This document shows, one piece after another, positions 24,172-33,645 of a stretch of DNA of 64,000 bases. The number at the start of each line of letters is the position of its first letter. Within the stretch, counting starts at the first letter, position 1. The notes beneath the pieces were generated by a model. It made no database searches. It was not told the origin of the DNA and saw only the letters and a list, made by a program, of their open reading frames with translations. Source of the stretch: a virus (taxonomy: Duplodnaviria; Caudoviricetes); the IMG/VR virus record IMGVR_UViG_3300020577_002429, positions 1-64,000 of that record. One strand, written 5' to 3'. A program made the position numbers and the translations under genes.

Positions 24172-26450
24172 AATTATTGTCAGAGTCTAAGAATTACTTC
24201 TTACTTGAATCAGCACAAGATATAAATGCTTGTATAGCTAAAATTCAAGACTCTGAAATAGTCTCATTCGATACAGAGACTACAGGACTTAATGTTAGAA
24301 AGGATAAAGTAATTGGCTTATCAGTTTCTACAGAAATAAACAACGGATATTACTATCCTATTCTAGTATATAATGTAGCCGATGATAAGCTTGAACTTAC
24401 TCCAGATATCGGATTAAAAAAACTACTAGATGCTATTAAATCAAAAAAATTAATAATGCACAATGGAGCATTTGACACAAAAATATGCTTTCATAACTTA
24501 GGCGTGGATTTACTATCAAATCTATACGCAGATACTCAGCTAATGCGACATACTTTACAAGAAGAAGGTCCATTTGCATTAAAAGATATTGCAGTTGAGC
24601 TTGCTGATAAGATTGGAATATCCCAAGACGAAGTAGCAAACCAAGAACAAATAGAATTAGAAGAAAATGTAAAGAGAAATGGCGGATCTTGGAAGAAGTC
24701 AAATAAAGAGATTTATAAAGCGGATTTAGATGTACTAGCGAAATATGCCGCAGCTGATACTGATCTGACTTTGAGATTATATCACTACTTTGACAAAGAA
24801 CTTAAAAATCAGAATCTATATGACTTCTTCTATAATCAAGAAGTAATGCCGGTATATACATACGCCACAATTCCAATGGAGTTTGAGGGCGTTCACCTGG
24901 ATATGCCTAAGCTCACAAAATACAATGAAGAAATAGTAAAAGATATCCAAGACTTATATAATAATATAACAGAAAAAATACTAAACTCAGATGCCGGAAA
25001 GCAGCTCATAAAACTAAGAGCAGATAAAGAATATCCTGTAAAAAATACAGGAAGTTTTGCGCAAGAAGTAGCGTCTTACTTTGAATTACCATTACCAAAA
25101 GTTGCAAGTGGAAAATATAGCCTAACATCAAAGAACTTAGATTCACTACAAGATTCTATCGGAAAGCTATTCCTGCTAGGTGAGCAAAGTCTATGTTTAC
25201 AGACTATAACAGACATACAGTTACGACTTTTGAAAAAAGATGGAGAACTTATCAATATAGGATCTAAGCAGCAGTTAGCTACACTAGTATTTGATATTAT
25301 GCAGATTCAACCTTTGAGTGAAACAGCTAAAGGCTCTCCACAATTTAACGAGGATACTATCGAACATCTTGCATCAGTTCATTCTGTAGACTGGGCTAAG
25401 GATCTTCGAGTTTATAATAAACTAAATAAGATAAAAAGTAGTTACTACGATAGGTTCTTAGAGCAGCAAGAAGATGGGATATTTTACCCATCATTCAAAC
25501 AACACGGTACGACATCGGGCAGATTCGGAAGCGATATACAACAGCTTAGTAGACCTATAGAAGAAGGTTCTGACGATGCTAGAGTTGTTAAGTATACAAA
25601 CACACTACGTGAGCTTATCATACCTAAGCCAGGATATGTGTTTATCGACGATGACTATGAATCATTGGAGCCGAGAGTATTTGCCGATGACGCCGGAGAT
25701 AAGGCACTCATTGAGATTTTTGATCTAGGTGAAGATTTCTATAGCAAAGTGGCTATACAAACTGAAGGATTAGAGAATGTGTCTGCTGATAAGAAAGACC
25801 CAAACTTCTTAAAAAATACTCATCCAGAAGTCAGACAAAATGCTAAAGCATATAGCTTAGGTATTAGATATGGAATGAAAGCGGCTAAATTGGCAGCTGC
25901 TTTGAACATCTCCAAAGAAGAAGCACAAGAGAAGATTGATAACTACTTCAAATCATTCCCAAATCTTAAAAAAGCAATGGATGGATATTTAGAATCAGCC
26001 AAAAAAACGGGTATAGTTAGAAGTAAGTACGGCAGAGTGAGACACTTACCAAGAGCAAAAGCTATTTACGAAAAATATGGAGATGATATCCTGGAGTACT
26101 CAAAACTAAGAGGTTTATCTAAGAAGTTTTATAGATCTTATGATGACCTACAGATGCTTAGAAAAGAGTATAATAATTTACTAAACAACGCTCTTAACTT
26201 CCCTATTCAGGCAGCAGCTACTTCAGTAGTAAATAGAGCCATGCTAGACATGTCTATTAAATTCAGAAGAGAAGGTTTAGACGCGTGGGTTAGCTTACAG
26301 ATCCATGATCAGATTGTAGTAAGCTGTCATGAGTCCGCAGTTGACAGAGTTAAAGAAATAGTGCAAGATAGTATGGAGAACACAAATAAGCTAGCTATGA
26401 AGCTAATAGCGAAACCGGAAGTTGCAAGGAATTTACGTGAAGGACATTGA
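24168..26450 (+). CDS. polA: family A DNA polymerase with 3'-5' exonuclease domain
   Basis: ExoI FDTETTG, ExoII HNGAFD, ExoIII YAAADTD; TTSGRF; motif A DDDYESLEPR; motif B RQNAKAYSLGIRYG; motif C QIHDQI. Confidence 0.95.
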   Translation: MKLLSESKNYFLLESAQDINACIAKIQDSEIVSFDTETTGLNVRKDKVIGLSVSTEINNGYYYPILVYNVADDKLELTPDIGLKKLLDAIKSKKLIMHNGAFDTKICFHNLGVDLLSNLYADTQLMRHTLQEEGPFALKDIAVELADKIGISQDEVANQEQIELEENVKRNGGSWKKSNKEIYKADLDVLAKYAAADTDLTLRLYHYFDKELKNQNLYDFFYNQEVMPVYTYATIPMEFEGVHLDMPKLTKYNEEIVKDIQDLYNNITEKILNSDAGKQLIKLRADKEYPVKNTGSFAQEVASYFELPLPKVASGKYSLTSKNLDSLQDSIGKLFLLGEQSLCLQTITDIQLRLLKKDGELINIGSKQQLATLVFDIMQIQPLSETAKGSPQFNEDTIEHLASVHSVDWAKDLRVYNKLNKIKSSYYDRFLEQQEDGIFYPSFKQHGTTSGRFGSDIQQLSRPIEEGSDDARVVKYTNTLRELIIPKPGYVFIDDDYESLEPRVFADDAGDKALIEIFDLGEDFYSKVAIQTEGLENVSADKKDPNFLKNTHPEVRQNAKAYSLGIRYGMKAAKLAAALNISKEEAQEKIDNYFKSFPNLKKAMDGYLESAKKTGIVRSKYGRVRHLPRAKAIYEKYGDDILEYSKLRGLSKKFYRSYDDLQMLRKEYNNLLNNALNFPIQAAATSVVNRAMLDMSIKFRREGLDAWVSLQIHDQIVVSCHESAVDRVKEIVQDSMENTNKLAMKLIAKPEVARNLREGH

Positions 26451-27102
26451 GTCTTGTATTTATTTAATAATAAATAAGGCGAATAATAAGTTTTACATTG
26501 GAAGTACTTGCGACTTTCAAAAAAGAAAAACAACTCACCTTAGAGATTTAAAAGCAAATAAGCACCACTCTAGATATTTACAAAGAGCTTTTAATAAGTA
26601 TGGAGCGTCTAGTTTTGAGATAGTTATATACCACTTTTGTACTGAAAATGAAAAAGTAGAATTAGAGCAGTACTATATAGATTGTATGAAGCCCTTTTAT
26701 AATACTTCCAAGTCAGCAAAGTGCCCAATGTTAGGAAGAAAGCATAGCAAAAAAACACTAAAGCTTTTTAAAAATAGACCTGTCAGATATGGAAAAGACA
26801 ATCACATGTTTGGAATAAAATTATCTCAGTCAACAAAAGATAAAATGAGACAAGCCAGAACTGGTACAAAAAGGTCAGAATCTACTAAAAAAAAGATGTC
26901 AGATACTGCGAAAAGAATAAACTCTATATCAAGAATAGACAGAACAAAAGCAGAAAAGAAAATACTGGATCAAAATGGTATTATTTACAAGTCGTTATCT
27001 GATGCTGCTAAAAAAACAAGGCACTCAGTTCAAGCTGTATGCGATAATTTAAAGGGAAGAAGTATCAAAACAAGAAGAAAGTACACTTTTAAATATGCTT
27101 GA
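26422..27102 (+). CDS. GIY-YIG homing endonuclease with NUMOD3/NUMOD1 domains
   Basis: CIYLIINKANNKFYIGST; HSKKT and RSESTKKKMS repeats; C-terminal HTH. Confidence 0.9.
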   Translation: MQGIYVKDIESCIYLIINKANNKFYIGSTCDFQKRKTTHLRDLKANKHHSRYLQRAFNKYGASSFEIVIYHFCTENEKVELEQYYIDCMKPFYNTSKSAKCPMLGRKHSKKTLKLFKNRPVRYGKDNHMFGIKLSQSTKDKMRQARTGTKRSESTKKKMSDTAKRINSISRIDRTKAEKKILDQNGIIYKSLSDAAKKTRHSVQAVCDNLKGRSIKTRRKYTFKYA

Positions 27103-27127
27103 CATGTCACAATATATAAACTATACT
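27099..27127 (+). promoter_or_regulatory. sigma70-type promoter
   Basis: TTGACA-17-TATACT. Confidence 0.7.
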
Positions 27128-27162
27128 CTAGCTAAGAATAAACAATTACTGGAGGATTTATA

Positions 27163-27495
27163 ATGAATAAAAATATATTAGAAGATTATTATGGATATAA
27201 AGATCCTAGACTGTGGCTAGAATTTCCAGAAGACTACGACTTCAAAGAAAAGCTTGGTCCTAAGTTATTATTTCTAATAGGTATTGATTGGTATGTCTAT
27301 AATAATAGACCAGTACGTCCGAGTGCTAGACGTGAAACTCTTGATATTGTAAAGACCTATCACAAAACATTTAATATAACATTTTACTTGACATACTGGC
27401 AATTTCATGCTAGTTTTAACATTGGCAAAATGCCATACACTACTCACGCTGAGTATTTAACCTGGAGGAAGCATGACGCTAAAGGAAATAGTTAA
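27163..27495 (+). CDS. hypothetical protein
   Basis: 110 aa with GGAGG RBS. Confidence 0.7.
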   Translation: MNKNILEDYYGYKDPRLWLEFPEDYDFKEKLGPKLLFLIGIDWYVYNNRPVRPSARRETLDIVKTYHKTFNITFYLTYWQFHASFNIGKMPYTTHAEYLTWRKHDAKGNS

Positions 27496-28744
27496 ACAGA
27501 TACGAGAATTATGTGTTGATGGAGGATTAGACCCACAAAAACTACGTTTAAAAGATCTAGCTGACATGGGCATATCTGAACGTCAAGTTCGTAATCACGG
27601 TGGTTTACAAGCTATTAAAAATAGCTTCTTCCCTAATACGGAGAAATCACTAAAAGATATCGCTGAATTAAAAGAGACTTCAGACTATATCAGTAAGCTT
27701 GAAACTTCTGTTGGAAAAAAAGACCTATTTGAAGATCGTCTTCTAGAAGCTATTCAGCTAAATATAAAACCGCTGCCTAAAATTAAAGCTAAAAAAGTAA
27801 AGAAGTCCTCAAACAAAGATATGGTTGAATTTGTTGGTATGTTAAATGATACTCATATCGGAGTTATCATTGACAATGAAGAAATTGGTGGAATTAATAA
27901 TTTTGACTTTAAAGAAGCTTGTCGTCGTTTTGCTTTCTATACAAAAGAAGTAATTAACTATAAGAAGCATAAAAGATCCCAAGTGCGTAAGTTACATCTA
28001 ATTTTAAATGGTGACTTGATTGCTGGCATTATTCATGGGCTTGATGGTAAGGGTATTCACCTGATGGTTCACCAGTTAAATGCAGCTTTACACATCTTTA
28101 CCCATGTTGTTCAGAACTTAGCACAAGAGTATGATATTGTTGAAGTTCATGGCATTGCGGGAAACCACGACCGAGCTGTACACAAGAATCACGGTAAACG
28201 TGCTGTAGGTGAAGTATACGACTCATATGCTAATAGTATCTTCTATGGGCTATCAACAGCATTTAGAAATAATAAGACTGTATCATTTAACTTCCCCAAG
28301 ACTCCATATGGATTTATTGATTTACCAGCTGGACGAGCTATGTATGCTCATGGAGATCATGTATTCAGCAGCTCATTAGGCAATCCTGGAAAAGCTATTA
28401 ATGTAAAAGGCATTACTGATTCAATTAGAAATTTCAATGCTGGAGAAATAGCAAAAGGAAATAAACCTATTAAGTTATTATTATTAGGACATGTTCACGT
28501 ATTTGCGCATTTCATCACTACCGATGGTGTAGAAGTTTATATTTCACCTTGCTTATCAGGACTTGATAGTTTTGCTCATAGTTTGACTATTAACAATAAT
28601 TTCGTAGCTCAGCCCATCTTTGAAAGTACTAAAGACTTCATCTTAGGTGATTGTCGCTTGATTAGATTAAATGCTGCTGATAATCAGAAAGAATTAGATG
28701 CTATTATTCCTGTATACGACAAGGAGTTAAAATGGAAAAGCTAA
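27473..28744 (+). CDS. calcineurin-like metallophosphoesterase with N-terminal extension
   Basis: DTHIG, GDLIAG, GNHDR, HGDH, GHVH metal-binding motifs. Confidence 0.88.
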   Translation: MTLKEIVKQIRELCVDGGLDPQKLRLKDLADMGISERQVRNHGGLQAIKNSFFPNTEKSLKDIAELKETSDYISKLETSVGKKDLFEDRLLEAIQLNIKPLPKIKAKKVKKSSNKDMVEFVGMLNDTHIGVIIDNEEIGGINNFDFKEACRRFAFYTKEVINYKKHKRSQVRKLHLILNGDLIAGIIHGLDGKGIHLMVHQLNAALHIFTHVVQNLAQEYDIVEVHGIAGNHDRAVHKNHGKRAVGEVYDSYANSIFYGLSTAFRNNKTVSFNFPKTPYGFIDLPAGRAMYAHGDHVFSSSLGNPGKAINVKGITDSIRNFNAGEIAKGNKPIKLLLLGHVHVFAHFITTDGVEVYISPCLSGLDSFAHSLTINNNFVAQPIFESTKDFILGDCRLIRLNAADNQKELDAIIPVYDKELKWKS

Positions 28745-28904
28745 GAACATGGGTAGGATCTGCAATTATGGCATTTGGTGTATTTATTATGCCATCAGAT
28801 CTTAGATCTTTTTATATTATGGTATTTGATGGAATAAAAAAAGGACTAAAGGAACGTAACGAGCAACTTGCTGAAATCAACCGAGAATACTATCGAGGTA
28901 ACAA

Positions 28905-29135
28905 TTGATTATCTTTAGAAAAATACATAGTGACTTTGATTTTTTTCAAGTATCTTTAAAAACACCTTCTTTGAAATATAAGAAGGCTCAGTTTGAAGTA
29001 TTCGACGATGATTACTTGACCGGATTAGACATGCCTACTAGGTTATTATATACAGAAGACCGGAAGTCATTTTGGAATTTTGAAATATCACTTCTAGGAT
29101 TTGGTTTTACCATTTATAGACAATATTCTTATTAA
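28905..29135 (+). CDS. hypothetical protein
   Basis: 76 aa, TTG start with GAGG RBS. Confidence 0.6.
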   Translation: MIIFRKIHSDFDFFQVSLKTPSLKYKKAQFEVFDDDYLTGLDMPTRLLYTEDRKSFWNFEISLLGFGFTIYRQYSY

Positions 29136-29139
29136 CTAC

Positions 29140-29168
29140 TTGACAACCAGCAATTTCTATGCTAGATT
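29140..29168 (+). promoter_or_regulatory. sigma70-type promoter
   Basis: TTGACA-17-TAGATT with TG extension. Confidence 0.65.
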
Positions 29169-29177
29169 GTTCTATCT

Positions 29178-29681
29178 ATGCACTACCTTGAAAAAGAATT
29201 TCAAAGACTGATTAAATATGCTCAAGGTTTAGGTATAAAAGTATCTTTTGTTAAAGACACCAATGCTGGCATGTCTGCTGCATGGTTATCTGATGGCAGC
29301 GAGATAATTATCTACAATAAACATACCAAGGGACCGCTACAACTATGCCTAGAGTTCTTCCATGAACTTAGTCATCATCTATGTTGGATACACAGCGGTA
29401 AGAAACAAGATCTGAAAACAGATCATATCCTGTCTAAAGAAGCCGAAGGTAAAGTGCTTACTAAGAAGCAGCGTAAAGTGATTTACGACATGGAAGTACA
29501 TGATAGTCAATTTCAGAAAATAATACATAAAGAAGTGCAGAGTAGAATACCAATTAAACGACTTGATTTAGAAATTGAGTTTGATTTATGGATATATGAG
29601 TATTTTTATAAACATGGTAAATGGCCTAAAGAATCTGATAGAAGAATTAAATTTAAAGAACTTAGGAGTAAATATGTCTGA
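29178..29681 (+). CDS. ImmA/IrrE-like zinc metallopeptidase
   Basis: HELSH (HEXXH) preceded by IIIYNK beta strand; later Glu (EVHD). Confidence 0.65.
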   Translation: MHYLEKEFQRLIKYAQGLGIKVSFVKDTNAGMSAAWLSDGSEIIIYNKHTKGPLQLCLEFFHELSHHLCWIHSGKKQDLKTDHILSKEAEGKVLTKKQRKVIYDMEVHDSQFQKIIHKEVQSRIPIKRLDLEIEFDLWIYEYFYKHGKWPKESDRRIKFKELRSKYV

Positions 29682-29949
29682 TGAAAACAAACCAGCGACG
29701 ATAACTGGCTTATCTGGTGGTATTACTTTAATTGACCCACATTTGGATTATATTTATCCGAATAGCCGTAATCTAGCGGCATTAGGTAACGTACTTACTC
29801 TACTTCCTATTCATATCATCAGGAAGTGTCTAGTTGAGATGGATCACATCTACGCTATTTCAAATAGTACTAACTTAGATCTAGCCTTATCTATTACAGA
29901 AGAGAATAAAGAAGCTACTCTTAAAATGTTAAAACTGCGAGGTTGGTAA
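29674..29949 (+). CDS. hypothetical protein
   Basis: Start reassigned to ATG 29674 after AGGAG. Confidence 0.6.
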   Translation: MSDENKPATITGLSGGITLIDPHLDYIYPNSRNLAALGNVLTLLPIHIIRKCLVEMDHIYAISNSTNLDLALSITEENKEATLKMLKLRGW

Positions 29950-30617
29950 TGAAATGGGATAACTGGGGATTACCTGTAGACGATAATGGTAATCAGGGTA
30001 AGTCTTGTCAGCAACTAGCTAACTACTTCATTAACATTAATTGTTATAAGAAGCATTTTGATAATGAGTTTAAAAAGAACCATCCACAGAGAGAACGTCT
30101 AGCTGGTGAGACTGTAGAAGACTATGATAACTACTTAACTCAGCATTTAAACGCATATCGGGATTTACTAAACTCTAAAGACATCCAATATATGCAAGAT
30201 GCTGATTTACACTTTTCAGACAAGTTAAATAGCCTGTTATATCATAGTGTAGAATTAACAATCCACCCACAACTAGGTAGAGTGATGAATAGACAAAACC
30301 TAGCACCTATGCTAGTTTGTTTGTTCATATACGGCTTTACTGACACGTTAAATCACCAAGACACTAGACATGCTCCACAGTTGAAAGACATTCAACAAGG
30401 ACGCTCTAATCGCTTCTATCGCTTTGCTGGAGATGCTATACGGTTTGTATCGGTCATATTCAAAGATCAACCGGATGTTCATATACCTTATTTAGTCCTG
30501 AATAAAGTCACCAATACTGAGACATGGCTAGCTAAACTCACTAAAAAGATTTTCTTTACAAAATATAAAAACTATGGTAGTCTATGGGACACAACGATTG
30601 AATGGCTAAAAACATAG
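29943..30617 (+). CDS. hypothetical protein (224 aa)
   Basis: Long ORF. Confidence 0.75.
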   Translation: MVMKWDNWGLPVDDNGNQGKSCQQLANYFININCYKKHFDNEFKKNHPQRERLAGETVEDYDNYLTQHLNAYRDLLNSKDIQYMQDADLHFSDKLNSLLYHSVELTIHPQLGRVMNRQNLAPMLVCLFIYGFTDTLNHQDTRHAPQLKDIQQGRSNRFYRFAGDAIRFVSVIFKDQPDVHIPYLVLNKVTNTETWLAKLTKKIFFTKYKNYGSLWDTTIEWLKT

Positions 30618-30626
30618 GAGATCTTC

Positions 30627-30935
30627 TTGGCACGTAAAAAGGATAGAAGCGAATTGGAGCATCTACGAGGCGAGAACCGGGAATTAACTAAAACAATACG
30701 GAAGCTAAAGAGGCAAATACATCAATTCGAGAAGTCCAAACACATCTACCACGAGGTTATCTCAGATTACGAAGAACTGATAGTACAAGAACAACAAGAA
30801 GAGATTGTAGTAGAGAAAAAGAGTAAAATGAAACATTGTGAAAAGTGTCATAGCGGAGTGATGGAAGAATTTGAGATAATGGGTAAAACCATTGGTACAT
30901 GTAATAGCTGTGGAGCAAGAAAGAGGATAAAATGA
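30627..30935 (+). CDS. coiled-coil plus zinc-ribbon protein
   Basis: CEKC and CNSC pairs. Confidence 0.7.
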   Translation: MARKKDRSELEHLRGENRELTKTIRKLKRQIHQFEKSKHIYHEVISDYEELIVQEQQEEIVVEKKSKMKHCEKCHSGVMEEFEIMGKTIGTCNSCGARKRIK

Positions 30936-31144
30936 TGTTTAAATATGAATATACAATAACGCCAATAGGATTAGTAGGACATCAGTATGTATGCTCAGTA
31001 TCTTTTGTTGAACAACAGTATGAAGAAGATGTACTTGACCTACTAGCTACTAATGATTATCACTCAGATGGAAAGGTATTTATACCAAAACATGCAGTAT
31101 TGATGTTCAGTAATCTTAAAGGTGAGTTTCTAAGTGAAGATTAA
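30932..31144 (+). CDS. hypothetical protein
   Basis: 70 aa, ATGA overlap. Confidence 0.65.
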   Translation: MMFKYEYTITPIGLVGHQYVCSVSFVEQQYEEDVLDLLATNDYHSDGKVFIPKHAVLMFSNLKGEFLSED

Positions 31145-31457
31145 TGCTATTCAATGTGGTCAATGTGATGACATCATCTTTTCTAGAGCACACTATGACT
31201 ATAGGAAGTGTTCTTGTGGTCATTGTGTTATAGACGGTTCAAAGATAGTAGGACTGTTTTTCACTTATGGACAAATAGAATTAAATATAACAAAAGAGAT
31301 CGCTTACCAGGATTGGAATAATTCAAATGATAAGTATGGAAAAATTAGCAAAGATGAGCAACGTAGCCTTGGTATCAGCTTTGAAAAAAGTGGGATACAA
31401 CATACCGAGCGAGATACCGAGATTTCAGCTACTGGAGACGATAAGACAGTTGTTTAG
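31134..31457 (+). CDS. Cys-rich zinc-binding phage protein
   Basis: IQCGQCDDIIFSRAHYDYRKCSCGHCVIDG. Confidence 0.7.
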   Translation: MKINAIQCGQCDDIIFSRAHYDYRKCSCGHCVIDGSKIVGLFFTYGQIELNITKEIAYQDWNNSNDKYGKISKDEQRSLGISFEKSGIQHTERDTEISATGDDKTVV

Positions 31458-31477
31458 AGAAGGTAAGATTAAAAATA

Positions 31478-31972
31478 GTGATTTTGTTAGTGAGGAAGAA
31501 ACGGAAGAAGGTTTTGCGAAAACCAATAGATAAGAAAGCTTTCCTTATTCAAACATTACGTAGAGCATCGTATAGATGGCCGAGCCGTAATGCAGTATTA
31601 AAACGCGCTAGAGTAGCTAGAGGGCAGTATAAATGCGAGCTATGCTCAGCTATAGTCGATAGACATAATATTAAGATGGATCACATACATGCTGTCGTAG
31701 ATCCGGCGGTAGGTTGGGTATCACTGGACGTATTTGCTGATAGATTATTCTGCGATGAGTCCGGCTGGCAAGCCCTGTGCGTTCCATGTCACTCATTAAA
31801 AACTAAAGATGAGAATGAGATTCGTAAACAAACTCGCAAAGAAGCAAACGAAGCTAGAAAAGTAGCACGTAAGAAAGCTAAGAAGAAAGATCCAAAGACA
31901 AATAAACACACAGGTTCATCACTAGATGATTTCTTATCTGAGTGTGGCATAATTATTGAAGATAAAAAGTAA
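31478..31972 (+). CDS. HNH endonuclease (zinc-finger type)
   Basis: CELC...MDHIHAVV...QALCVPCHSLKT. Confidence 0.85.
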   Translation: MILLVRKKRKKVLRKPIDKKAFLIQTLRRASYRWPSRNAVLKRARVARGQYKCELCSAIVDRHNIKMDHIHAVVDPAVGWVSLDVFADRLFCDESGWQALCVPCHSLKTKDENEIRKQTRKEANEARKVARKKAKKKDPKTNKHTGSSLDDFLSECGIIIEDKK

Positions 31973-31979
31973 TAACCAC

Positions 31980-32008
31980 TTGACATTATTGATATTGTAT
32001 GGTATATC
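31980..32008 (+). promoter_or_regulatory. sigma70-type promoter
   Basis: TTGACA-17-TATATC with TG extension. Confidence 0.55.
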
Positions 32009-32051
32009 TATTGCATACGGTATTTTCTCCTAAGTATCGTGTCCCTCCACA

Positions 32052-32090
32052 GGGCAGCTCAGTTTACCTCCACTGGGTTGCCCGATTTTT
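32052..32090 (+). terminator. 12-bp hairpin with TTACCTCC loop and T-tract (terminator or sRNA 3' end)
   Basis: GGGCAGCTCAGT / ACTGGGTTGCCC, then GATTTTT. Confidence 0.65.
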
Positions 32091-32100
32091 ATAAGGATAT

Positions 32101-32370
32101 ATGAAAGATTTTGAATTTCCATTCGCTACAGACAAAACAAATGGTAAACCATCGGTAACGCTATTCTTTGCTTATGTTGCATTTTTAATCGCATTAGGTG
32201 TAACTATCTATCTTACAGTAAAAGATGTAGTAGCAGGATCTATAGCGTCATTAATGTTATTTTTTGGATGTTTATTAATGTACCGCATGAGGGCTATTGA
32301 TAAATTTAAAGTCAATCTTCAAGAACGATCTTTTGAAGCTGAAGATACTCCAGATGAGGAAAACAAATGA
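32101..32370 (+). CDS. two-TM membrane protein (holin-like)
   Basis: Two hydrophobic segments and a charged C-terminus. Confidence 0.55.
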   Translation: MKDFEFPFATDKTNGKPSVTLFFAYVAFLIALGVTIYLTVKDVVAGSIASLMLFFGCLLMYRMRAIDKFKVNLQERSFEAEDTPDEENK

Positions 32371-32765
32371 GAAATTACATTATTACAGGACTTGTATGTT
32401 TAGTCATTGGAGTAGCCGCTGGTAGCAGTTTATTTCCTAAAGTAAAAGAGAAGACTGTTGAGACAGAAGTCGAGCGAGTAGTTAAAGACGTACAGACTGT
32501 AATCAAGGTAGTCACTAGACCGGATGGAACGAAGGAAGAAGTTACAACAATCGTCGATAAGTCTAAACAGAGTACAGACAAGACAAGCACTAAGATTATC
32601 GCTAAGAATGACTGGCACATTTCAGCATCAGGATCTCGCACTTTTACAGATAGTAGCATGACATATACTTTACAAGTAGAGCGTAGAATTATTGGTGATG
32701 TATTTTTAGGTGCATCAGTTAACAGTGATAAACAAGTTGGATTAACCGTAGGATTGGAGTTTTAA
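32367..32765 (+). CDS. membrane-anchored protein with C-terminal beta strands (spanin-like candidate)
   Basis: N-terminal TM, periplasmic linker, ends ...VGLTVGLEF. Confidence 0.55.
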   Translation: MRNYIITGLVCLVIGVAAGSSLFPKVKEKTVETEVERVVKDVQTVIKVVTRPDGTKEEVTTIVDKSKQSTDKTSTKIIAKNDWHISASGSRTFTDSSMTYTLQVERRIIGDVFLGASVNSDKQVGLTVGLEF

Positions 32766-33191
32766 ATGAGAGCAGTAGAATTAAATGCTATATATGGTGA
32801 TTTTTTAAATTCATATACAACACCCTTTAAGATTGACTTCTTGAATGATAAAGGTATAACCAAAGTCCCAGAAGATAATTTTGGCGCTTTTCAATTAAAC
32901 CTACCAGCATCTTCTAATATAAAACTAGAAAAAACTAAGTCTGGTGGAGTACTTGTTAGATATTGCTTTGGGTTTGACTTCGCAAGAAAGACATTCTCTG
33001 ATTATAAACAAGGAATTAGATTTCTATCAGTAGTTCAGAATGAAATGCTGTTAGCAATATCACCTTGGATTGATTGGTCAAAACCAACAAATAATCTATT
33101 TCAAAGACCAGGTATGCCAAATGCTTTCTTTTTAGAGCTAGACAGTCATGCTGGAATAGAATTAAGAGCGTACTACGATGGATCAATTTAA
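32766..33191 (+). CDS. hypothetical protein
   Basis: 141 aa. Confidence 0.7.
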   Translation: MRAVELNAIYGDFLNSYTTPFKIDFLNDKGITKVPEDNFGAFQLNLPASSNIKLEKTKSGGVLVRYCFGFDFARKTFSDYKQGIRFLSVVQNEMLLAISPWIDWSKPTNNLFQRPGMPNAFFLELDSHAGIELRAYYDGSI

Positions 33192-33645
33192 GGATTTATT
33201 AGACATAGCATCATCAGCTAGCAATTTAACTAATTGCGATTTTGATACATTCCTGAAGGAAAAGGGATTTGATGAATCTGATACTTCTAAGCGTATTCTT
33301 ATTCAGGACTTATTTTTATTCTACACTCACTGGTATTACAATAAGTATCAGAAGATACCGCACAGATCAAACTTCGCTAGAGGTAGTGAAATATTAAAAT
33401 TATACAAATTAAGACAAAGATATCCAGGAACAAAGAAGCTAGCATGGGGGATAAGATGCTCGGCTTCATTTCGTATTGCGTATTTACTATTTAAAAAGGA
33501 TACCCCCGAATGGCAACAAAAGCTAACAAAAATGTTAAACGCAAAAAAAGCACACCGAGCAAGAAAAATAAACCGCAAGGAGCAACGTCAGCTAGAAAAA
33601 CTAATAAGCTCGCTGGCCTCAACCCAAGACTCTTCTCAAAAATAA
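33178..33645 (+). CDS. hypothetical protein
   Basis: 155 aa; 136-nt overlap with next gene. Confidence 0.65.
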   Translation: MDQFKDLLDIASSASNLTNCDFDTFLKEKGFDESDTSKRILIQDLFLFYTHWYYNKYQKIPHRSNFARGSEILKLYKLRQRYPGTKKLAWGIRCSASFRIAYLLFKKDTPEWQQKLTKMLNAKKAHRARKINRKEQRQLEKLISSLASTQDSSQK

